Assembly (NCBI GenBank): GCA_039621445.1
Contig: CP154954.1
Coordinates: 11,836,716-11,900,715 of the forward strand
Direction: 5' to 3'
DNA from: Euglena gracilis
Taxonomy: Eukaryota
Length of the DNA stretch: 64,000 nucleotides
Made by a program: the position numbers and the translations under genes
Notes under the pieces: model-generated
Told to the model about the DNA's origin: nothing
The model's database searches: none
Seen by the model: the letters and a program-made list of their open reading frames with translations, nothing else
Shown here: positions 1 to 13,100 of the stretch, one piece after another
How the letters are laid out: the number at the start of each line of letters is the position of its first letter
How positions within the stretch are numbered: position 1 is the first letter of the stretch

Positions 1-37
1 CGTTGGCAAGCGCTGCCAAACAATCCGTTGGGCGGAC

Positions 38-2119
38 CTTCTGGATCTGCTGCAGGAAGCGGTCGGTCACCGGGTCGCTCCGCAACTCCCGGCCGTACAG
101 GTCGCTGTGGGGGTCCAGGTGGTAGCCCCGGGAGAAGCCGTCGGGGGCACGTCCTTGCACCCGAAATCAGATGGCAGGGTTGCTTCCGACTTCCTTTCAC
201 TCGCTTTTGGGCACGAGACATTTCTTTGCCAAATGGCAGGTCACGGCAACTTGGCCAAAAAAAAATGCCAGGTAGTGGCCAGCGGTGGGTGTGGAACACA
301 GGAACTCCTCACGATACGCAAAAAAATACAAAACGGTGCAAAAGCGAAAAATACAAAAACTGCCAGTGTTCCCGACAGGGATGTTCCACTGGGGTCGGGC
401 AACATCCACTGTACAGTCTGAAGTGAAAGGTCATGTTCAAACAGAGCTGGTGTGGCCCTCAAGCCCCCCCCCCCCCCCGCGGGGTGGAAGAAGAGGTGGT
501 GCAGTGGTGTGGGTGGGCGCCGGGAGGAAGGGCAGCGTGTCCATCTTGTTCTCCGCCCGCCATGCCAGCGTCCTGTGGACAACATTGGGGTGGGTTTGGG
601 GACCCCGGGGAGATCAACCCAAACACCAGCAACAGCCCGGCAGCCCAAACCCAACCAGCACATCCCGCCACTCTGGGGCTTGAAATTTCACGGAGGGATG
701 CACACAACCACAGCAACCTCCCAAAAAATGCCACGGTTGGAGCCTTGGGCTGTAACTTACAACCACCCATTCTCCCCCCCTAACTGATGAAATACCACCT
801 CAGCCTAACAAGCCAACAGACAGCATACAACAGACCACCCCTCCCTGGTGAGGGTAAAGAAAGGAGCCTTGTGACTGGTTGTTTCTCTTTCTTTTGCGAA
901 AAAAACCCCAGAAACAGACTTGTTGCAACTTTTGTGTGCGAACTCTTGCAAACTATCATCAGGATTGTCATTTTGGGGGGATTGGGGTATATTTGGGGTC
1001 AAAGAGGGTAACCCTGGGTGCATTTTGGGGTTTTTTGAGGTGTCGAATTTTGACAAACAATCCTTGACTGATAATGTGGTGGCCAAGGAGGTTGCCGAAG
1101 GAAATAACAAAAGATGAAAGCTGAATAGGAATTAGTATGGAATAAATATCCAGAATATGGAAGGAAGGAAGTGAATGGTGGACGAAAGGAAGCACTTCTA
1201 ATTCGGTTGTGCTAATATCAAACCTGTATCAACTCGGAGAATGCACATTTTGGCGCTTGGGGGGGGGTTCGTCTTTTGGGGTGTTCGTCCGGCGCTGTAT
1301 GTCTGGGCCAAGGATTAGCACACACCGGCCCAGCATGCGGCTCGCGCGGTCGATGTCCCAGGAGCGGGCGCCAAGGTAGCGCCGGAACACAGTGTGCCGG
1401 AACGTGGCGTCCTGCAGGAACTTCGGCAGGGGGTCTACCCCGACGCAGTGCCTGTGAACCATCAAAGGGGCCGCCCCACAGCACCATGGTCAAGAAAGTA
1501 TCAAAGAGGCCAGGCAGGGGAAGGGGCCGAAATGAAGTATATGTGGCACATAATTTAAAAAGACGATTGCCATGGTGGTCGCGGCACAAACTTCAAAAGT
1601 TTCCACGGCGGTCGCGGCGCACACATAAACCAGTGCCGCGGCATTCGCGGCGCACAGAAAAATTTTTGCCGCGGCGCTGCCGGTTTCAAAAAAAATTTCC
1701 GCGGTAGTTGCGGCGCACGGAAACATTTTTTCCGGTCGCACTAACTACAAGTATGCACACAGACCTGGGGGAAAAAAAACGGAACGGACGCCCACATCGA
1801 CCACCCAAGTCTATCTGGAAAGTGTGGTTGCTTGTTCACTCCAGTTGCATTGATACGGGGGGGAGCAAAAATGCAAACTGAAAATTTGTGATTTTCAGGA
1901 CTTTGGATTTTGGGTGGGGGTCAAATCCTGCAGTCAAATCCTGCTGCTAGGATTACCCCCCCCCCCGCGCGCGCTTGATGGCACAGCCATGCCGGCACAC
2001 CGGCGGTGCATCTCTTGCATCGCCGCCTGCTCCGCCGGGGCCAGCGCCAGGTCGTAGTGCGAGGGGCGCAGGTCGGGGGCCCGCTCCGCAGCCTGCCACC
2101 GGGCCCAGGTGTCCATCAT
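38..2119 (-). CDS. Sec14/CRAL-TRIO family lipid-binding protein, 5' part (spliced; continues beyond left edge)
   Basis: Exons 2119-1985, 1453-1326, 572-511, ~400-385 (tentative micro-exon), ~146-38. They join in frame to MMDTWARW...AGMARHCVGVDPLPKFLQDATFRHTVFRRYLGARSWDIDRASRMLGRTLAWRAENKMDTLPFLP...DGFSRGYHLDP, matching the CRAL-TRIO N-domain pattern (RFLRARxWD...A..ML...L.WR.E..VD). Intron 1454-1984 has paired ends (CCATCAA/TTGATGG); intron 573-1325 is GT-AG. Confidence 0.8.
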
Positions 2120-3270
2120 GGCGGGGACCGGGGGGACGGCCGGTCTGTGCGCGGCGTGGCGGGCCCTGAGGTGTGCACTCCACTACACTACTAAAAGCCT
2201 CTGCCTTTCCGGCGCAGAGGCTCGCTGGTACAGCACGATGCAGCCTTCGCCAAAGAGAAATTCCAGTCCCATCACAGGCAAAATGGCGAAAACATGGCCA
2301 TGTTTTGGTAAAAACGGGTCGAGTTTCGGGGGAGAGGGAAGGTATCTCTGGCCAATCCACCCAAAACGTCAAAAAATGAGTCTCTCAACGTTTAATTTTC
2401 GACCCCTGTTCGACCTGCCATTGGACCGCCGTTGCCAATCAAAAAAGAAAAATTAACTCCCTTTCCGTTTGAGCCTGAAAAGGCGTGCATCCTGCAATGG
2501 GCTTGTTCGATTACTTTTATGCCAGCTGAATGGAATATTTCTGGATCAAGGATGGATATTGATATTGGGTTTGGGGGGGTCCCAATAAATTTTGATAGAT
2601 TGACACCCCGATATCCTCGATATAAGACAATAAAACCTATATGATCATTTTGTGCCCCGATATGCTCATTTTGTGATTTTGGAGAATCCCAAAATGGCCC
2701 CAAAAAAACAGCAAAAAGAACACGCACCCCCCAATAAAGCCGATACTTCACGACATTTTTTGGGACCCGATAAATTCAAGATTTTCGATGATTTTTCCTG
2801 CTGTAAATGTTTTCAATGCAGGAAAAACTATAAGCAGGGTTGGTTGGCAGACTAGAAACCGCAGCAATTTTGGCCTGTACGCATGGTTCACCCCCGGAAA
2901 TGATGAAGATCCACACACAGAGTGCCGGCGGTTCAAAAACCTGGACTCAAACCACATCGAGTTCCTTTGCGCAATTGCAAAAGAACAGAGAAAAGCTTAA
3001 GTGTGAGATCGGCTGCTTAAAGCTGCTGACCAGGAGGGTCTCCAAGTAGTGGAAGCACCATGTCCGTTCAAACGTTGGAACATTGGTATCTGTCCCTGCG
3101 TCGCCACAAATACATAGCAGACGGTGTTTCTTTCTGGGAAAAAAAATACCACCAAATGCCCTTCTTTACAATGGAGGAAAATGGGAAGAAACTGGAAGGT
3201 TTCGTGCTGTAGTGACACAGCTGGCACACAAAAGGAAAGTTGCTGCAGCACCGGTGGTCACAAAAAACTC

Positions 3271-3616
3271 ATGGTGGTGGTGGTGGTGGTGGTGGTGGTG
3301 GTGGTGGTGGGTGGGTGGTGGGTGGTGGGTGGTGGGTGGGTGGGTGGTGGGTGGTGGGTGGTGGGTGGGTTGGGTGGGTGGGTGGGTGGGTGGGTGGGTG
3401 GGTGGGTGGGTTGGGTGGGGGGGTGGAGGTGGGTGGGTGTGGGTGGGTGGGTGGGTGGGTGGGTGGGTGGGTGGGTGGGTGGGTGGGTGGTGGGTGGGTG
3501 GGTGGGTGGGTGGGTGGGTGGGTGGGTGGGTGGGTGGGTGGGTGTGGGAGGGTGGGTGGGTGGGTGGGTGGGTGGGCGGGTGGGCGGGCGGGTGGGTGTG
3601 GGTGGGTGGGTGGGTT
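3271..3616. repeat. (GGT)n/(GGTG)n microsatellite
   Basis: Directly visible tandem repeat. Confidence 0.95.
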
Positions 3617-4158
3617 GCCACAGCCCTCAAATTCAAAACACCACAAGAGTGGAAAGGAAATGTGAAGAACAAGAGGTGCCAAAAGACGTGATGCGCACTG
3701 GTGGGTGGGCTGATCATCAAATGGGATCCGGTGGACGCAAGCCACACTTCCTGTGTGACAGCCCGCAGTGAGCACCGCGGAACAGGAAAGCAAGGCAACC
3801 GGATGGCGGCGTGGGGCCACGTCTGAGAAGACGGTGTGAAAGTTCCGGTTAGGAGGCGTGACCTCGCGGGAGGTTTCGTGGTAGGGGCCAGGCTGTTTTC
3901 CGTTGAGAGAAGGGGCAGGTTTGGGGGAGCAAACAATCTCACAGAGCTCCACAGGATGTGGCAAGGCGCCACACAAACATCCAGAACCATACGGAATCTT
4001 CCTGCGGTAACACGCATCAACAGCACTGCACAAAGCAGACCCACAATGGAGGGAAAAGACGGGGGGGGGGGGGTTACCGTCTGTGAGGCTTTGCGTCTTT
4101 TCTGTCCCCTCCAGGGTGTCGCGGAACGACCCGGCTCTGCGCTTTCAGCATGGTCAGC

Positions 4159-7100
4159 TCAGAGCCGGGAGAACTTGGGCTGAATGGAAAAGGCGGCTGG
4201 GTGGAAAAGGGCTGCTGGCTGGCTGGCCCCCCACCTCGGGAGGGGGGGGAGGGGGGTATGCAGCTTCAGCGACGCCCTGGACCCCTCGGCGGCCGTGGTA
4301 CACGTGGTCGGTCTGAGACTTGTTGCCGTACTTTTGGATGTCCACGTGTTTGAATAAACCTGCGCAGAGGGGGCACGGAGGGGACAGTGGTCGGCTAAGA
4401 GAAACAAAGCAAAGATAACAGAATGCAAACTTGCAACCCACTGGTTCCGTGCACTGTGAAATTGCAACGCCGGCGCTTCACCCATGATTCATGGTTGAAG
4501 CGACCATGTTCAACGACCAAAGTCGTGGGTAATGACCTTGAAAATATGAAAATTTACTGAAATTTCACCAGCAAAAGATGTGAGGGGATTGAGGCAAAAA
4601 AAAAAACGAAAAAAAAATATACCAAACCACATTCCATCAATAACCCCCTGGATTGGTTATACGACCCCCCCTACATACCGTACATGCATATATGTACATG
4701 TATATCTGTATGTGCATGTATACATGTATGCATACATGTGCATCCATGTACATACATATGCACACACACATTGTCTTCTTTGTTGAGTTTATTAGATTAT
4801 TAACTCTGGGCCTAACTTATTCATGAGTGTTAGATGTACACGTTAGCCTGAAAATTAGGCCAAACTCCTAACCCTAACCCAGTTCCATCAATAACCCAAA
4901 AAAAATTGACCCCCCTGGATTGGTTATACGACCCCCCCCCCTGGGGCGGGGGGCGTATAACCAATGGTTGCCATATGTACATGCATATTGACATAGATAA
5001 AATTGGTTGGGACAATTTGGGCAGTGGAGTAAATGCACATAGAATTAAGGTGTGGAAAGAGGATAAATTGCAGGCAAATTTTCCAAAAAAAAGTGTAGGG
5101 TTCTGTTTATAATCATGAAACCCGCAGAACAACAAAACAAAAGAAGGTTTCAATGAGGTATGCACGGTTTAGAAAAAAAAATGTCAATGATGCTGTAATA
5201 GCAATTAACGATGTTAGCTTATCAAATACTATTGGTCAACTTTAAGGAAACCACCCAGTTTTTTCTAAGCCAAAATGAGAACTTCGCCCAAACCGCTGAT
5301 TTTTGCGCGACGAGTAACCAGCCACAAAATGAAAGCATCAGGTATAAGCAAAATTCTTCTAACTGCCATTTTCAACAAAACCTCCCACGTGTGTGCGGAC
5401 CATTTCAGAAGTATTTCAATTTTCCGCCGGCAATTTTTCAGAACAAGTTTTTGCCAATGCCTATCCCCAGGAATCATTTGTAAGTGTATGCCAATTGTTC
5501 GGGGGGAAATGGAGAAGGATCAGAAGGATGACAAGGTTTCAGCACCACGTTCCCTTATTCCATTTCCGACAGCTTGGAAGGACCACAAAGTCACCTTCGG
5601 TGAAGGCGACGGTCAAATGCTTGGCCTTCCATGTCTCTGGCTTGGTATCCAGGGTGTCCTCGAAACACCTGCAGTTTGTCAGGAAACGGAACTGCACATA
5701 ATATCAAGCTCAGCAGAATGCCCTAGCCAGCCTTGCCTCTGCCTGAAAAAGCTCCAGTCTCATCAGCCTTTGCTGAAAAAGCCAATGTCATCCTCTGGCC
5801 AATCTTGTCCACAACAGTGCAGACAAATACAAATTCAGCTGAGGGAACGATGGAAAAGGATTCTTTGAAGACCCTTTGGGTGTCAATTTTGGGGTTTTGG
5901 GTACAAGCATCGCTTCGCATCGGAAAAAAAATGGCCAAAACCCCCCACCTCTGGCCGAGGACCCACAAGGCCCTTTGGGGTTCCCTTGGGGAAAGGGGGT
6001 CCGGCGGTCACCCAATAAATCCTTGACTGAAATTGTCTGCCAATAAAAAAAATACCGGTTCCAAGCAAGACACGCAGCAACACCGGCAGACCTGTTGGCC
6101 TGGGCCGGGCCACAGGTGTGCGCGATGGGGGACAAATGCTGGCGCCAGAACGCGGCTTTGAAGAGGGCGCGGCCAGTGGCCGGCGTGTGCGGAAAGAATG
6201 TGGGGTTGGTGGAAAGGAAACGATTGCACGACACAGACGGGGTCGACAATTCTGCAATCGTTAGCTTTGTCGACTTTGCAACAATTTCAAAGTTATTGGT
6301 AAATATACAGAATAGATTTTATGGCACTGGACTCTGGGGGAATTTCCGAGCCAAAATGTGGAAATCACAATAAAGTTTAAAAAAAAACTGGTTCAACTTG
6401 ATCAAAAACTACGATCACCATTCTGAGTATGATTGCGATTCCGATTACAATCACGATTCTGATTATGCTTATGATTCTGATTGTGATTATGATTATGCCT
6501 ATGATTTTGATTTAGATTGTAACCATGAAAATCATGGGCACCACACCACCTTTGGATGCCTGCAGCCCAATGAAGCATGATGAAAGATGGGAACACGTGT
6601 CTCGCCCATTTTGAGAGGCATTATCCTGGATGCACGGGAGAAACAGTGTTGGACATTTTTAAACGTTCTGTTGTGAGTTTGGACATGATCTCCTCTGTTT
6701 GATGTTTGGGACCAACCTCATCCAAGGGGTTGTCCAATCGCCACTGGGTAGGGTTGTTGGTCCAGTTGCACCGCGAAGAGTCAGGGCCAGGGATGGTCCA
6801 GGAGTGGCCCTTTACCATTCGCTGGGGGTATTTGCCAGACAATGCCAAGCACCCTGTCACCCTGAACCAGGCACATATGCGTAAACACCGAGCGGAACAA
6901 CTGGAGGAGCAATGGGAGAGACACAGCACGAACCCGGGACCCCAACCTCCACGCCCTCCCTGCCCCCTCCCAGATCTCATTCCTAACTTTACTGGCCAAC
7001 AAGATCCAAACCCTATCCCAAACATAACCCCCACCCCAACCCCTCGCCTCTAGGAAAGAATGTACCCATTCCTATCCCCCCACCCCACCCCCATTCCCCT

Positions 7101-10100
7101 CACCCAGTTCGTGCCATCTGTGCAATGGCATGAGCGCAGACCCCGAGGTTGAGGTTGAGGCCTTCCTTCAAGGCATGCGCGTACCCACGCTTTCTGCGGA
7201 TTTTCGGTGCCGCATCGCGTCCCTGATCAACGCAAATCACGGTGGAATTGGCTCCGCAAAACGAGAAGATATGGGCCCAGCCGCGGGAGCCAATAGAAGA
7301 GGAGTACTTGAAAGGAAAAGCATCAAATAAAAAAAGGAAACAGAAAACAAGAAAAAAAGAAGCAAAGTTGTGGCTAATGCGAGCACTTTCAAACACACGG
7401 CAGGTCGTTCACCCGAAGGTGAAGTTCATTTGGCACGCGGCTGGCCTGGGATACTTCTTCTGCATCTCCGCCATTGTGTACCTGCAACATGTGGCAGGGA
7501 CAGTCGGAAGGAACCTCCCCAACCTTCAAACCAATCGTGTCTAAAAAAAACATACATCTGGTTTGTTCACAAGAAGAAAGAATGTTTGAAAGAATGTTTG
7601 TTTTTCTGCAATGCAGGACAGGGCAACTGGCAACCGAGAAATGTGTTTGCTGAACAGTTGAGGCAATCATGCCATCAATTTTTGTCATGTGTTGTAAGAA
7701 CCTTGCATAAATACTTACATAAATGAAGTTGATACATTCGGACTAATATTTGAAGACATGAGTCATCTATAATCATGACTCAGGTGGCAAATGTGTATAC
7801 CACATCCCAGTGCACGGGCCACACCAGTGAAAACAGTTGCAGAAATACTGCATCATTTGAGGGTACTTCTTGGCGAAGGTTTGCTCGTTCCGCTCGCCGA
7901 TGATGGAGAACATCCACATGGGGTAACCGTACTGGTAGTGTGACCGGTAGCGGACAACGTTGACAGTGGGCGTTGGCATCACAGTTTAGACAAAATCCTG
8001 TCGACTTGAACTCCACAATTCAACCGAACAGGCAGAAAGCAGCCAAAGTTCATTGGGTTCAACAGGGTTCAATGGGGTATCGTATCAGAGGCACTTGGGG
8101 CGGGACTTGGAATTCGAAAATGTCAAAAAAAAACTGCATTAAGGTATGCAGAATAAATGAGCAGTATCTCTAAATTGCAATGGCTGAGCAAAATTGTTGA
8201 GGCAGTGGGGACCTTTGATGCAAAATCATTCACCAATTTTCACAAACATCAGGATTCCTAAACTAAACAAGAAATCCCTAATAGAAAATAAAATTTTCAA
8301 AACACAAAAAGGATAATTATAGCTTTGGGTGATGGATGATGGAGGATTCTCTTTCAAATAAAAACCATCAACCATCAACCTCGAGTTTCCTCTGGCTTCC
8401 ATTCCCAACTGCACATTTAATGAGTGGAACCCGGGCAACGTCCAGTTGGCTTTGCCTGACTGCAACAATTGGACCAACTCCAGGGCGGAAGGGACGGAGG
8501 TATGACCGTTGGCCGAACCGCCAGAATCGCATCAGCATTGTGCAGACCCCCCTCCGCTGCTTGTCCACCAAACTGGTGGAAACTAACCACATGGGGGGGA
8601 TGCTTCACCCTTGGCGAACCCTCCCAGGGGGTCCAACTCAGAGGCTGGGAAAATTGGGGCTGAAAAAGGCTCCGTGCTGCCCCCACTTCTCCCCACATGG
8701 AGGGTCCCAACTCAAGGCTAGAACTGGCCTGACAGGAGGCCGAAACAGGGGGCCAAACATCACTGAAAAAACGCCGCGAACAACTGCCAATTGTGCGAAA
8801 GTCGAGTTTTGACCCAAAATTTGACGGCATTTCTTCCCCATTTTTGCGTAATTTTTGCACCTCCGACAGAGAATCCGCTACCATCTAGCCACCCTTCAGG
8901 CGCTCGACAACAACAACAAAAAACTCGTCGATAGGCTCCCGACACTCTTATCTGGGGTTAGGGATAGGTCTGGTGCTGTGCAACGCAAATAGGAAGGGGG
9001 AGATTGGCCTGGTAAACAAGAAGAACGCATGGCACAAACATGGTCACGACCACACGTCGGCCAAGAAAACAAAACTGCGAAATGCACCAAAACTCAAAAA
9101 AGGAATCACAAAATACTTCAAAGGGGGGAAATGGGTTGAAAGGAAGAGTTGTGAAGAGTTGTGGAGAATGCTTTTGAAAAAAAGGTGCAAAATGTAAAAA
9201 CTGGGGAAATTCAAACAAAAGCACGAAAATACAAAAAAAAGTGCAGAACCTTGGGGGGGGGACATGCATGAAAACACATAAAAAGAACATCACATCCGAC
9301 CAAAAAAAACAACAGCAACGACAATTTCCACAGCCTCATGCAGAAAAATTGCTTCACACAGAGTAAACCTCCCAAAAATAATAAACCTCCCCCCCCCGGT
9401 TTATTATTTGGACACTCGAAGTCGGGGTCCAGGGGGGGTTTATTATTTGGGGGTTTATCATTTGGAGGGGGGGGGATTTTTGGAAGTCAAAAAGCGACTC
9501 AAAAAAACCCTACACAGGCTCCAGTGGTCACTTTTTGGCATTTTGGGGCTTTTTTGAAAAATGGGTGCTTTAATGGCATACTTTCTTTTATATTTTATCC
9601 ATTTTTGCAATTTTTTGCAACATTCTGTTATTTTTTGAATCTCTTTTCCTTTGCATTCACACCTGCCGGAGGGGGGGGGTTATTATTTGGGCGGCCGAAC
9701 TCAGGGGGGGTTATTACTTGGGGGGGGGGGTCATTATATGGGGCGGGGGGTTATTATTTGGGGGGGAGTTATTCCACGAACACATTTCTGCGGGTATTGA
9801 CTCGAAAATCACTTTGTAACTAAAGATACTGAAAAAACGGTTCTTGGTCTGTCCTGAGGCAGTTCAAACATCCTGCACATTGTGAAACAAAAAAAATGTG
9901 TTTTGGTGTAGAAATGTATTCATAGCGCCGAGACTTGTTGTTTGGTCTATGAATATGCAGTTTCTGTGACCAGTGGTGCCGAAAGCGCCACAGGAAAACA
10001 ACTCTCGTCACAGGAGGTGCATTTTCCATTTGGCCCTGGTTCCTGTCTGCAGCTGCTCAAAAGCCTCCAAGGCTGACTCCACCAACACCCAGTCTTTCGC

Positions 10101-13100
10101 TGGGGCGCTGTTGGTCCGTTTTTTTTTGTTCTTTTTTTTCCACCATCATGATGTTTATGTTTAATGATGCAAACATCCGATCAAATGGCAAGCTTGGCGG
10201 AGGAGAAACTGCCAAAAAAAACAATGGACAGATCTACCTTCTGCATTGTTCATGATGTGTGGAAGCATCTCGGACTCAAAAATCACAACATTTGCAGAGT
10301 AAACGTAGGGTCAATTTGTGTGGAACAGAGAAGAAAAACTAAAGCAGGACAAGAGTAAAAAAAAAAAAGATGAATGAAGGTGCAGATGAAAGAAGATGAA
10401 TGAAGATGAATACAAAAAAAATTGGAAAAGGCAAGGCCACGTTTTTTCAAGTTAAATCATCTTACAAAAGATTGCTCTGCCTTCCACAATTGTAAATCAA
10501 CTCACAGAAATATGATCTTTCGAAAACATATGATTGAACTGCTGAACTGGTCAAATACAATCCTTCGGTGCAAAAAAAAGTGATAAATTGGACGGAAAAA
10601 CAGCGCAGCCTCCAAAATGAGAATCAGCTCTGTCGTGGCGTGCTCCATGGCAGCAGCGTTCCTTTCCTTCTGAAACAGCAGGATGATTGGAGGGGAGTTC
10701 CAAACACAGTTGCTCAAGGGAGTGGTTCCATCAAGGTTGGCAGCTGGAAAAAGTGGGCAAAAAGCTTAAACGAAACTTCACAACGAACCGAGACCAAAGA
10801 TATTTTGGTGGTTTTTGAACCCGATTTCGTGCGAAACAATTTCATTTGCGCCCAAATAGAGGGTTGATTTTTGATCCCCAGCGGCTGATTGGGTTATCTT
10901 TATGCTAATACCAATTCTTAATACTATACTGCTAACGCTAATGCTAATGCTAATGCTAATGCCAATGCCAATGCCAATGCCAATGCCAATGCCAATGCCA
11001 ATGCCAATGCCAATGCCAATGCCAATGCCAATGCCAATGCTAATGCAAATGCATGCTAATGCAAATGCCGAATACTAATGCTAATGCTGATACTAAACCA
11101 GCTCTGTCCCTTGTTTTTTTGAAACGCTTGCCTTTTTCGTGCTTCATCCTCATCTGCCATTGATGCCCTAACAACGTGAAATAGTCAGAAATTAGAAATT
11201 AATTCTCCTGAATCAATATCTAGGTCTAACAATGCTGTGATGGAAAAAACTACAAGACAAGAAAAAGAGCACCAAACACTGGAACGAAATTTGCCACAAA
11301 AGATCATCTGCGATGGATCTTTATTGGGTAAACCAATTGCAGGTGCCCCTTCAAAACGACCTTTGACTCCGAGAGGGGTGGTCGAGCAGGCACCCCACAT
11401 TAAGTATTAGGAATTAGTATTAGGTATTAGGTATTAGGTGTGAGGTATGAAGTATTAGGTATTAGGTATTAGGTATCATGTATTTGGTATTAGATATCAG
11501 GTATCAGGCATTAGTTAATAAAACTTTGTCTACGGTTTTAGGTTTTAGGTTTTAGGTGTTAGGTGTTAGGAATTAGGCATTAAATGTATGAGGTATGAGG
11601 TATGAGGTATGAAGAGTTTGGTATTGTGTATTAGGCATTGTGTGTTTGGTATGAGGTATGAGGGTTTAGCATTTGAATAAGTATTTGTGTTAATGTTGTT
11701 GGCAGTAGCACTGGTATTAATATTAGTGTTAGCTTTCAGCATCAGCAGCACTGGGGTTGAGGAGAGTAATGCCAAAGACAGTGCAGAGCAGTGAAGCGGC
11801 ACCGACTGTGCAGTGCTTCGGTTTTGAGAAGAAAGAGGAATGGCACACAGGGCCTTGAGGCTTTCAGGAAGTGACTTACCTCAACGCCATAACTGTTAGA
11901 ATTAATATCAGTCAGAGAACAGAGTTTAATGTAAACAACAGATAAATTATTTTAAATGATTTACCCATGTATTTTTTTGAGACTGGTGTGATCCGTAGGA
12001 AATTGATTTTTGTGGTCACGGGTGACTTTATGCGATTTTATGTGCATGCTTTTTGTGGGGGGGGGATACCATTGGAGGATGCAGGAGGCAATTCTGCCTT
12101 AGACCGACGCCAGGAAGAATGAACCCCAGCGACAACCTGGGGGCCATCGAATTGACAACCTTGTGTAATACTTCGAGACAATGTAACGCACGCAACCCGG
12201 CAACATGGTTTGGGATAGGCAAAATTTCTTGGAAAGCTCTTTTAGAGCCAAATCCAGATCCCAGAGTGAGTTTGAAAAGGGAGGCTGCACGAGGTTTTCC
12301 ACCGCCATGGCAATGTTCACATTCGACCCGCCTGAGAGATGGATGCATGGGTTGCAGATCAGGGCCTCTTCGCTTCTCTTGTCTGAATACAGCTCCCTAA
12401 GCATTTTATTCACCGATTTAAGCAAACCACCGACACAAAAACGTCCCAAATTGCACCCCCACACAACTGGGAACAGTTTTTTGAAGGTCAGGTCCTTTTT
12501 GACAGAATTCCTTGAAAAACAGATTATCTGGGGCCATCAACAAGAATGATTTCCCTTTACTGCAAATGCATGTGACCTTTGGCTGACAGACCAGGTGCAT
12601 GCAATTCACTTCAGGGACTGTTGGGCGGTGAGGGGAAGGAGGACCAGCTCAAGAGACCAAAAATCCAAAAAAAATTTTCACAGGGTTTGAGATGATTGGA
12701 AAAACGAAAATGGGGGGGCCAGTTTTCCAGGAGGTTAGGGCACGCTCCGAGTCCGCCAGCACCATGGGGAAAAAATGTGGTCAGGAACTTCTCCTCGGCC
12801 CCTTTTTCGTATTCAATTCACATGCTTATAGTCATTTTCGGGCTGCAAAACATCGCGTCTGCCGACCGCTGAAAACGTGCCACCAGCCAGGAAGAAAAAA
12901 AGAAAAGGGGGGTTTGGGGCACCTCCCTGGGGTCACTAAAAAAACTAGCTGCCAGCCAAAAACGCAAAAACGAGGGCCAATCTCGCTTTTTGAGATGAGA
13001 AATGGAGCGGAAAAAATGTTTCTTCATTCTTTGTGCAATTGCGCAAAGAACCCTGCTGCCTAAGACTCTGGACTGAAACCCTGGGCCTCGTCTCCAGCTG

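Noticed and set aside
3083-4044. Long W/G/V- or P/H/T-rich ORFs
   Set aside because: Translations of the (GGTG)n microsatellite
7410-7447. Extending the exon through RPAACQMNFTFG to a GT donor and joining directly to the 5668 exon
   Set aside because: This would skip the WTNNP and KWARH exons, and this stretch pairs with ~6833-6848 (GCCAG..TGCCAA / TTGGCA..CTGGC) like an intron end; the exact junction is unresolved
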